18,680 bases of DNA, from the NCBI GenBank assembly GCA_043804895.1, contig JAZDIN010000016.1, forward strand, positions 1-18,680, written 5' to 3'. Shown here one piece after another: positions 8,638 through 15,908 of the stretch. The notes beneath the pieces were generated by a model. The model was not told the DNA's origin. It ran no database searches and saw only the letters and a program-made list of their open reading frames with translations. This DNA comes from Candidatus Altiarchaeota archaeon (lineage in GTDB: Archaea; Altiarchaeota; Altiarchaeia; IMC4; SCGC-AAA252-I15). The position numbers were made by a program, and so were the translations under genes. Each line of letters starts with the position of its first letter. Position 1 is the first letter of the stretch.

Positions 8638-9777
8638 ATGAAGCTAGCAGACAACGTAGTGCAATGGTACATTAAGAATGTCCTGTTACCGCAGACGGAG
8701 GAGATAAATCATCCCGGCTTCATCATGACTAAATTGTCCAGCACGTCAGACAACATAGGCCTGCGGGAGATAGCCTTTCCCGAGAGCCTCTTCGTAGAGT
8801 TGGAAAACGAGATAGTCCGCGTCTATGGCAAAAAAGGCGAAGAGGCATTGTACTCCATCGGCAAGAAATTCGGCTACGGATATGCCAACCTTTCCGCCTT
8901 ATCACAGCTGAAAGACAGCGCGTCGGAGAAGGAGTTTCTAAACTCAACCAACTATTTCGTGCTTTACTTGGCAAGCATATTCGCGGGCAGAATATCGCAC
9001 AAAATAGACCTGAAAGAAAAAAAATTCGAAGCGGACATGACAGACTACATAATCTGCAGGAAGAACGGGAAAGGCTTCATCATGTCAATCGGCGGCAGCA
9101 CTGGGATATGGTGCTACCTTATGGATGACATGAGCATCGAGGGAGTGCAGACTAGGTGTATGGGCCGCGGAGACGAAAAATGTCACATCCAATGCTCGCC
9201 GCCCGACGTCTTGAAGCGGAGTGGGTTGGAATACTTTGTCGAAAACAACCTGCCGGAAATCAAGAGGACATCCTATTATGAGGAGATGAACAAGGTTAGG
9301 CCTTCCCAGAACGCCAAGAACTCTCTCGAGGACCTGTTGAACACCAACTTCTTCGAATACTCCGGGGGGAAGCTGAGCTTCAAGGGGGAGCGCTACTTCA
9401 TCTGCGAGGCCCACCTGATGTATCTTCTTGAGAAGGGGCTGCAGGTGTTGCCGGAGGGGGATAAGATTCTGTTTGATGTGGCGTTCAACTTCGGAAAAAA
9501 ACTGGCGGTAGAAGTGAAAGGAGATCAGTTCCAGCAGTTCATGATGGATTTCCTCCCGGCCCTCGGGTTCGGTGACGTCCTTGTCACCCCCAATGGGGGG
9601 AAATATGAGGTCATTTCCTCGCTCTTCCCATGGACCGAATACTTCACCGACCTCAAATTCACCCTCTTCAGGGGCGTGTGTTCGGGGATGCTGTCGGGTT
9701 TCACCTCCCAATCCATCGTATTAGACCAAATCGAAACCTCCATGAATGAGGGGTATCTCGACCTGGTGATAAAATGA
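8638..9777 (+). CDS. Tandem V4R (4-vinyl reductase)-like domain protein, probable small-molecule sensor
   Basis: V4R-type Cys motif IIC...GVQTRCMGRGDEKC; internal repeat LYSIGKKFG / LFDVAFNFG and GGSTGIW / GVCSGMLSG; ATG 8638 follows AGGTGGTGG. Confidence 0.7.
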   Translation: MKLADNVVQWYIKNVLLPQTEEINHPGFIMTKLSSTSDNIGLREIAFPESLFVELENEIVRVYGKKGEEALYSIGKKFGYGYANLSALSQLKDSASEKEFLNSTNYFVLYLASIFAGRISHKIDLKEKKFEADMTDYIICRKNGKGFIMSIGGSTGIWCYLMDDMSIEGVQTRCMGRGDEKCHIQCSPPDVLKRSGLEYFVENNLPEIKRTSYYEEMNKVRPSQNAKNSLEDLLNTNFFEYSGGKLSFKGERYFICEAHLMYLLEKGLQVLPEGDKILFDVAFNFGKKLAVEVKGDQFQQFMMDFLPALGFGDVLVTPNGGKYEVISSLFPWTEYFTDLKFTLFRGVCSGMLSGFTSQSIVLDQIETSMNEGYLDLVIK

Positions 9778-11003
9778 GCGAACAACTCAACCTTAAAGGT
9801 TCCTCCAAGGAAAAGACGGCGCTTATCCAGATATGCCTGTTGGCCGTAATCTACTCGGCGGGTGCCGGCGCCATGTGGTTTCTCCTGCCCGCTATGGCTG
9901 AGAAATTCACCGATGACGTGGCCTTGGTGGGGTTGATGCTATCAGTCCCCTACGTTCTCTCAACACTCATTGCCATACCAAGTGGAGAATTCTCAGATAG
10001 GGTGGGAAGGAAGGCAGTCGCGAGAATTGGCCTCCTCATCGTAGTCTTCATCGGCCTCATCGCCCCCTACGTCGACTCGCAGCTTAAGTTCATACTCTTC
10101 GTCGCAGTCCTGGGGGTTTCCATACAGTTGATTAACGCCCCGGCTAGGGCGTTCGTGATGGACATCGCTCCAGAGGCATCAACATCGGAATACTTCGGGA
10201 TGTTCATCGCCTCCATGAACCTCGGACTCGCCCTGGGGCCGATGATAATAGGCTACCTCATGAGGGACTCCCTTGCCGCGGGCATAGCGACGGCCTCGCA
10301 CATGTACATACTCGTCGGACTAGCAGGCATTGTACTCTTCTCCATGATGGCCGACCCAGTGAAAAACAGGGAACCTCTTTTGGTGGGGTTCCGGAACCTG
10401 CTTCACTCGGACAAGGTGTTCCAGCGGGGGATTAGGCAATACGGTAAGCTGAAAAAATTCGGCGTGATACTCCTCGTGTTCACGATTCTGCTCACCATAG
10501 CAGACGGGATCATATGGACGTATGAGCCGCTCTACTACCAACACCTTGGACTGGATTCGACTACCGGCAGCCTGATACTGGCCATGTTCATCATACCAAT
10601 GATAGTATTCGGATTGTCCGCCGGGAGAATCGCGGATAAATACGGTAAGATTAATGCATTGACCCTGGGGATGATCATATCCGGGGCCGCGCTCGTCCTT
10701 TTCGGATTCTCGACCACTGTGATCGGGCTCTTGGGGTCGGCCTTCCTCACTAGCCTGGGGTTAGCGCTCGTCTGGGCCTCACTTAGCGGGCTAATAACCG
10801 ACATCTCAGCAAATCATGACCGGGGCAGCATAACCGGCGTCTGGAACATGGTCATGGATGTCGGCTACGTTGTCGGCCCAACCTTGGGGGGGATAATAGC
10901 AGCCTACACAAACCACATCGGCGCGGCATTCTCAATCATGGGCTTGCTGCTCCTAATATCCCTAACGCTCATAATAACAAAAGACAGGAAAAAAGCAGGC
11001 TAA
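9774..11003 (+). CDS. MFS transporter, paralog of 6474-7685
   Basis: Motif A GEFSDRVGRK and GRIADKYGK; shares WF.LP..AEK, PARA.VM...PE...SE.FG and DGIIW..EPLY with the other MFS; ATGA overlap with the V4R gene. Confidence 0.92.
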   Translation: MSEQLNLKGSSKEKTALIQICLLAVIYSAGAGAMWFLLPAMAEKFTDDVALVGLMLSVPYVLSTLIAIPSGEFSDRVGRKAVARIGLLIVVFIGLIAPYVDSQLKFILFVAVLGVSIQLINAPARAFVMDIAPEASTSEYFGMFIASMNLGLALGPMIIGYLMRDSLAAGIATASHMYILVGLAGIVLFSMMADPVKNREPLLVGFRNLLHSDKVFQRGIRQYGKLKKFGVILLVFTILLTIADGIIWTYEPLYYQHLGLDSTTGSLILAMFIIPMIVFGLSAGRIADKYGKINALTLGMIISGAALVLFGFSTTVIGLLGSAFLTSLGLALVWASLSGLITDISANHDRGSITGVWNMVMDVGYVVGPTLGGIIAAYTNHIGAAFSIMGLLLLISLTLIITKDRKKAG

Positions 11004-11005
11004 GA

Positions 11006-11965
11006 ATGAGTATGGATGAGATACGGATTGCGGGAGCGGGACTTGCCGGGCTGGCAGCGGCCTCCACATTGGCGAGGGAGGGGTTTAAGGTCAGGGTATT
11101 AGGGAGGAAAGGTTGTTCAGGACATGATGGTCCCCCGTACACGTGCATAATCAAGAACACGCCCGAAAACAACGTCATAAAAGAGCTCCGGAAATTCCAC
11201 ATTAATCTTAAGGCCTATGAGATTAACCCCCGGGTGATTAAGGTATCCCCGAGTTTTGAGAAGAATGTCGGTTTCAGGCATTATTATCAGCTGATGATGG
11301 GGCAGCACAAGAACTCCCTCGAAAACCAGTTGTATGTCGAGTGTCTCGCGGAATCCGTCAACTTCGAATTCAACACAGAAGCTGAAAAGGCTAACATAAT
11401 AGCTACCGGTCCTCCATCCAATCAGGCTAACATATGCGGTTATGGCCACGTATACGCAAAACCCCCCGTGGATAAGGAGACCACGTATCTCCTCTACAAC
11501 AACGACATCGCGCCCCACGGATACACGTACATTTCCACGCAGGACGGCCGGACGACCGTAATGGCTGTGGTATTCTCCAGGCAGCATTTCCCCAAAATAC
11601 GGCAACTATTCAACCACGGCCTGGAGACGTTCAAACCCCTCAAGGAAAAAATAGGGGGGGCGAAGAGAATAGGGGAAGTATCGGGTGTGGGATACTACCT
11701 AAAGGACCCATACGCGAACCTGACACTGGAAAACGCACTCTACGTCGGCGAAGCGGCCGGAATACAGGACGCCGCCAGAGGATTTGGGATAAGGTATGCG
11801 ATAATATCCGGCGCCCTGGCGGCGAAAAGCATCATAGAAAAGGTGGATTACTATCAGCTGATGAAAGACTATTTCGGCGACGAATTCCAACGGAATTATG
11901 AAAGGCGCCACCTCCACGATAGACTGTCAAACAAAGACTACGATAAGATAGTCGCATTGGCATAA
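11006..11965 (+). CDS. NAD(P)/FAD-dependent oxidoreductase, geranylgeranyl-reductase-like
   Basis: Rossmann IAGAGLAGLAAA, APHGYTY (PxGYxW-like), VGEAAG...GFGIRYAIISGALAA. Confidence 0.82.
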   Translation: MSMDEIRIAGAGLAGLAAASTLAREGFKVRVLGRKGCSGHDGPPYTCIIKNTPENNVIKELRKFHINLKAYEINPRVIKVSPSFEKNVGFRHYYQLMMGQHKNSLENQLYVECLAESVNFEFNTEAEKANIIATGPPSNQANICGYGHVYAKPPVDKETTYLLYNNDIAPHGYTYISTQDGRTTVMAVVFSRQHFPKIRQLFNHGLETFKPLKEKIGGAKRIGEVSGVGYYLKDPYANLTLENALYVGEAAGIQDAARGFGIRYAIISGALAAKSIIEKVDYYQLMKDYFGDEFQRNYERRHLHDRLSNKDYDKIVALA

Positions 11966-11968
11966 AAA

Positions 11969-12871
11969 ATGATAAGAAAGCTCCACAGGTTCGCTGAATC
12001 AGACCACAAAATCGCCGACCTCCTCAGAAAATCCGTTCACAGTTCTATTTGGATTTCATTTGATGGGGTGTGTGCGGCGATTATGTCGACGATAGCGCTG
12101 GGGCAGCCCCACAGCATCGGCGCATACGCCATAACATTTCTCATGGTCTACGCCATGTACAACATGGACCGGTTTTCAGGAAACCTCGAAGACCAGCAAA
12201 ATCACCCGAAAAGGCACGCGTTCATAAAAAAGTACCGGCAACACCTTCTAAAAACGTCCACTGCGGCTGTGGTAATCGCCCTAATTATCGCATTCTCAAG
12301 GAATACCAACACACTCCTCATGGTAGTCTCCCCGATTGTCTTAGCCTTAATCTATTCCTTGAAAATCCTCCCAAGAACACGGAAAGTAGAGAGAATCAAG
12401 GACACTACACTCGGGAAACCCATAATACTCTCCCTCTGCTGGGCAATAATAACAATAGGTGTTGTGGCAGCCTACTACGATACGGGCCTAACGTTGGGGG
12501 TGATTGTGATAGCATTCATCATATTCTCCCGTTCATTCCTCAGCTCTGTTGTATGCGATATCAGAGACGTTGCAGGGGACAGAAAACACAAGACCCCGAC
12601 GATACCAGTGATATTCGGGGAGTCAAAAACCAGGCTTCTGCTATACGCCTACCTGACTTCTCTTGTGCTCTTCACCCAATACACGATATTCAGCAACATC
12701 CTCCCCAAACTCATGTCCCTAGTCAACCTGACATCAATACAGGCATACTACTACATCCATGAAACCCAAAAACCCGGCCCGCACATCCGCACCCTAACTG
12801 ACGTCATAGTAGACAGCGAATTCATGGTCATGGGCATAGCAGCCATCATAGGCCAATTCCTTCTAAACTGA
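11969..12871 (+). CDS. UbiA-family membrane prenyltransferase
   Basis: Asp-rich motifs YNMDRFSGNLEDQQNHPKR and DIRDVAGDRKHKTPTIPV; YS...R.K loop; multiple TM helices. Confidence 0.88.
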   Translation: MIRKLHRFAESDHKIADLLRKSVHSSIWISFDGVCAAIMSTIALGQPHSIGAYAITFLMVYAMYNMDRFSGNLEDQQNHPKRHAFIKKYRQHLLKTSTAAVVIALIIAFSRNTNTLLMVVSPIVLALIYSLKILPRTRKVERIKDTTLGKPIILSLCWAIITIGVVAAYYDTGLTLGVIVIAFIIFSRSFLSSVVCDIRDVAGDRKHKTPTIPVIFGESKTRLLLYAYLTSLVLFTQYTIFSNILPKLMSLVNLTSIQAYYYIHETQKPGPHIRTLTDVIVDSEFMVMGIAAIIGQFLLN

Positions 12872-13020
12872 GGTGATTCACTTAATCAAAAAACAAGGCA
12901 GGAACCGCCTGAGTGGTGTGTTATCCTTAGGAAGGTTTTAGAGGAAGGACTAGCATGGAAGAGTCTGTAACCTAATAGTAACCGTATGGTTTAATTGTCT
13001 AATGGTAGTATCTATCTCTG

Positions 13021-13164
13021 ATGAAATTCTTTAGCGGGCGCGCAGACTCTGAGAAGGTTGAGGCTAAGGGGAGTGGCAACCTTGAAACTGCCACATTCGC
13101 GGGCGGGTGCTTCTGGTGCATGCAGCCGCCTGTGATTGAATCCGAGCAGATACAAGGTATATAA
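13021..13164 (+). pseudogene. msrA: Truncated 5' fragment of peptide-methionine (S)-S-oxide reductase
   Basis: Manual translation MKFFSGRADSEKVEAKGSGNLETATFAGGCFWCMQPPVIESEQIQGI*; ETATFAGGCFWC is the MsrA active-site motif, and similarity appears to end near 13131. Confidence 0.8.
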
Positions 13165-13248
13165 CTAGGGGGAATAATCCATAAACTCAAAAGGGCTTAC
13201 GGTTTTTATTTGGGATTTAGGAGGGTCCTTAGTTATACAAACAAGGCA

Positions 13249-13287
13249 TTTATATACTAAGTTGTCACTAATTATTATTAGTTAGTA
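13249..13287 (+). promoter_or_regulatory. TATA box plus palindromic operator upstream of the TA pair
   Basis: TTTATATA 13249-13256; ACTAAT-tatt-ATTAGT 13267-13282; outer TACTAA (13255) / TTAGTA (13282). Confidence 0.6.
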
Positions 13288-13302
13288 CTTTAGGTGATGT
13301 TT

Positions 13303-13581
13303 ATGTCAATGTATGCGATTGCCCCAAAGCTTGAGCATTCCCCCACTCTAAACACTGTCCTTATGGTGGAACATACCCTGCAAAACATGGAGGATAGCGT
13401 TGTTTCTATTGCCGATCTTAAGAAAAAGCTGCCAAAACAGGTGAACCATAACACCCTGAAGGTCATACTCGAATACCTTGAGGTGAGCAACAAGATAGCC
13501 GTAACGATGAAAGGCATTACTTGGATACACAACACGAACCCCAACCTTATGAAAGCTGTATCGCGGGGTCTTGAGCTATGA
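13303..13581 (+). CDS. Small winged-helix protein, probable antitoxin/regulator
   Basis: wHTH-like SIADLKKKLPKQVNHNTLKVILEYLEVSNKI plus a beta wing; AGGTGA RBS favours ATG 13303; ATGA overlap with the downstream gene. Confidence 0.65.
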   Translation: MSMYAIAPKLEHSPTLNTVLMVEHTLQNMEDSVVSIADLKKKLPKQVNHNTLKVILEYLEVSNKIAVTMKGITWIHNTNPNLMKAVSRGLEL

Positions 13582-13931
13582 AACCGGTCAGAGTAATCCT
13601 GTCACCTGAAGCTGAGGAAGTCTATAACTACCTTAACAAAGAAGCCCCAAACTCGAAGACCGAGAGCACAATCTTGAACGCATTCAACAAGAAGAAAGAA
13701 CTAATCAAGAACAACCCCCACTACGGCGACCCGATAGCTAAGAATCTTATTCCAGAGGAGTACAAAGAGAAATACGGAATCACAAACCTGTTCCGTGTCG
13801 AACTGCCAAACTGGTGGAGGATGCTATACACACTCACAAACGACGAAACCCAAATTGAGATAATAGCCTTCGTCTTGGACATCATTGACCACAAGGATTA
13901 CGATAAAAAATTCGGCTACAAGAAAAAATAG
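13578..13931 (+). CDS. RelE/ParE-superfamily toxin-like protein
   Basis: 117 aa; VILSPEA start, NPHYGDPI, LFRVELPNWWRMLYTL and VLDIIDHKDYD match the RelE-fold pattern; translationally coupled to the small upstream gene. Confidence 0.65.
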   Translation: MKPVRVILSPEAEEVYNYLNKEAPNSKTESTILNAFNKKKELIKNNPHYGDPIAKNLIPEEYKEKYGITNLFRVELPNWWRMLYTLTNDETQIEIIAFVLDIIDHKDYDKKFGYKKK

Positions 13932-14173
13932 ACACCCGTACAACAGAAACAAACACATCTAAAGACACTTACCAACGGCGTACCTGATGTTGACCACGGC
14001 TAGGCTCAACGTCAAGATTACTTTTCAGGGTTTCTGTTGTGGGCACACCGTGTATAATTCTGGCCAAAAATACGGTAGAATTAGGCAATGTGTATCCTAT
14101 GAGGATTATATATGCATACCTAATGATTAACTGCCATGACAAGGACGATCCATTTTTCCAATGCTCACAGTGG

Positions 14174-14181
14174 TTTTAAGG
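14174..14181 (+). promoter_or_regulatory. Putative TATA box for DUF488 operon copy 1
   Basis: TTTTAAGG is conserved in both copies (also 16106-16113), 44 nt before the ATG; GGTGGA RBS-like motif at 14205-14210. Confidence 0.45.
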
Positions 14182-14217
14182 CTATGGAAGGCGTATTTAA
14201 GTTTGGTGGACGGGTCT

Positions 14218-15078
14218 ATGGCAGGGGATATTTTGCAGTATAAACAGAGGGCTTTATTGGCCGTAGTTGATGAGCTTTCAGCTAGAGGGAAGTCTTCCAA
14301 GTTAATGGTTGAGAAGAACTTGTTCCTGCTGAAAAAGGAGGAGTCATTAGACGAGGACATGAAGTTTTACAACTTCTTCCCGTACCTGTACGGCCCATTC
14401 TCGAATATGAGCTACTTTGACCTGAACGGCCTACGTCTGAAGGGCTATCTTAATGAGGATGAAAAGAGTCCTAAAACCACTGAGAAGGCTAAAAGCGTTA
14501 TAGTCTCGTTAAATCCTGCGGTGCGAGAGAAGATTATCAAGACTGCGGAGAGATTCAAATCAGACAATGAGATAAAGAGATATGTTTATGACACGTATCC
14601 GGAGTACACAGTCAAAAGCGAAAGCTCCAAACAGAAAAGGGTGCCTACTTCGCCGGGCATATTCACCATCGGCTATGAGGGCCGGGACATAGACGCATTC
14701 CTCGACACACTCATAAAGAATTGCATTGAGGTCCTTGTTGATGTTCGAAGGAATCCGTTCAGCATGAACCTAAGCTTCACACAAAAGAAGCTGAGCGAAT
14801 ACCTCCACAAAATAGAAATCGCATACCGGCATATCCCAGAGCTTGGAATCGACGGAGAATTAAGGAAAAACCTAGAGACTCGAGAAGACTACAAAAGACT
14901 GTTTGAGGGTTACAAGGAGTCCTTGAATGGAAAAAAGAAGGAACTCGAGGAGATAGCATCCCTCGGAGGAAAAAACAGGATAGCGTTAATGTGTTTTGAA
15001 CACGACAAAAACATGTGCCACAGAGGCGTGATAGCTGATTTCTTAGGGGTAAATAACATTCAGGTCGTGCATTTATGA
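14218..15078 (+). CDS. DUF488-family protein with an N-terminal SocA/Panacea(DUF4065)-like wHTH domain, copy 1
   Basis: DUF488 motifs IFTIGYEG, LVDVRRNPFS, YRHIPELG, ALMCFEHDKNMCHR; N-terminal EKNLFLL...FFPYLYGPFS; ATG 14218 is conserved in copy 2. Confidence 0.85.
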   Translation: MAGDILQYKQRALLAVVDELSARGKSSKLMVEKNLFLLKKEESLDEDMKFYNFFPYLYGPFSNMSYFDLNGLRLKGYLNEDEKSPKTTEKAKSVIVSLNPAVREKIIKTAERFKSDNEIKRYVYDTYPEYTVKSESSKQKRVPTSPGIFTIGYEGRDIDAFLDTLIKNCIEVLVDVRRNPFSMNLSFTQKKLSEYLHKIEIAYRHIPELGIDGELRKNLETREDYKRLFEGYKESLNGKKKELEEIASLGGKNRIALMCFEHDKNMCHRGVIADFLGVNNIQVVHL

Positions 15079-15830
15079 CTGTTAAGGAAAATATCCTCGT
15101 TTTAGTGAGGGCAACGCCGGAAGAGAGCACCAAGTACGGACATAAGGTCTGCGTAGCGGGAATAACGGAGAAAGACGAATGGCGGAGGCTCTACCCATTC
15201 AAGTTCGCCTATGGAGAGAAGCTGATAGACTTTAAGAAAAAGGACATCATAGAAGTTGAGATTGGGGAACCTGACAATGACAAACGGAGGGAACGCAGGA
15301 AAGTATTAAAACATAGGAATCTCAATTCCCCACTAGACGACACCAACATCCTAAAAAGAGTATTACCTCTTCTATCCTCAATAGAAAAGCTGGAAGCTGA
15401 AAGAGCCAGTCTAGGCATTGTAAAACCTGTTCTAAGTGGCATAGATGTCAAAGTCAACGACACCAAAATCTACGATGATCAGGCCTATTTCTCAGTGGCT
15501 GGGGAGTTCATGGAGAAACGAGAGAAAGTCAAGATGCCCATAGAGTTACGGTACCATTTCAAATGCGACAATGAACCCACCTGCAAGGGACACAAGATTA
15601 TCCTAATCGACTGGGAACTGAACGAGTTGGCCAGAAACATACTGAAAAAGGAAAGCGACCCCAAAGTAGTCGAACAGAAAATCAGGGAAAAATTCTACGA
15701 CTTCATGTCCGAGCGGGATTTGTACTTCATAATCGGGACGCATTTCAAATTCGGGACCTGGATGATAATCGGCCTATTCTACCCGCCAAAAGGACTGCTC
15801 GACCAAAAGAACCTAACCATATCCTCGTGA
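15075..15830 (+). CDS. DUF488-associated conserved hypothetical protein (possible OB-fold nucleic-acid binder), copy 1
   Basis: PEESTKYGHKVCVAG...WRRLYP; C-x5-C-x2-H (CDNEPTCKGH) then IDWE; ATGA overlap with the DUF488 gene. Confidence 0.75.
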   Translation: MTVKENILVLVRATPEESTKYGHKVCVAGITEKDEWRRLYPFKFAYGEKLIDFKKKDIIEVEIGEPDNDKRRERRKVLKHRNLNSPLDDTNILKRVLPLLSSIEKLEAERASLGIVKPVLSGIDVKVNDTKIYDDQAYFSVAGEFMEKREKVKMPIELRYHFKCDNEPTCKGHKIILIDWELNELARNILKKESDPKVVEQKIREKFYDFMSERDLYFIIGTHFKFGTWMIIGLFYPPKGLLDQKNLTISS

Positions 15831-15908
15831 ATCGACTTGTGGTTTCCTATTTATTTCCCTGTTTCATATTAGTTAGACGGCCATTTGAGGCTAATTTCCC
15901 TTATTCTA

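Larger units (their letters stand above)
13977..15815 (+). repeat. Copy 1 of a ~1.84-kb diverged direct repeat
   Basis: Aligns with 15909-17747 at an offset of 1932 bp, from GGCGTA to AAGAACCTA. Confidence 0.97.

Noticed and set aside
12070-12762. 230-aa alternative-frame ORF within the UbiA gene
   Set aside because: Fully nested, composition typical of an off-frame read, no recognisable domain.
12891-13248. 10-bp direct repeat AAACAAGGCA flanking the msrA fragment
   Set aside because: Could be a target-site duplication, but no element ends are adjacent and chance is plausible in A-rich DNA.
14161-14217. Longer N-terminal starts for the DUF488 genes (14161 and 16135)
   Set aside because: Not conserved between copies; the shared ATGs at 14218 and 16150 give equal 286-aa proteins.
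15811-15878. Integron attC-like pair ACCTAAC ... GTTAGAC at the end of repeat copy 1
   Set aside because: Core sites and 68-bp length fit, but the interior has no convincing L''/L' stem, copy 2 lacks an equivalent, and no integrase is present.
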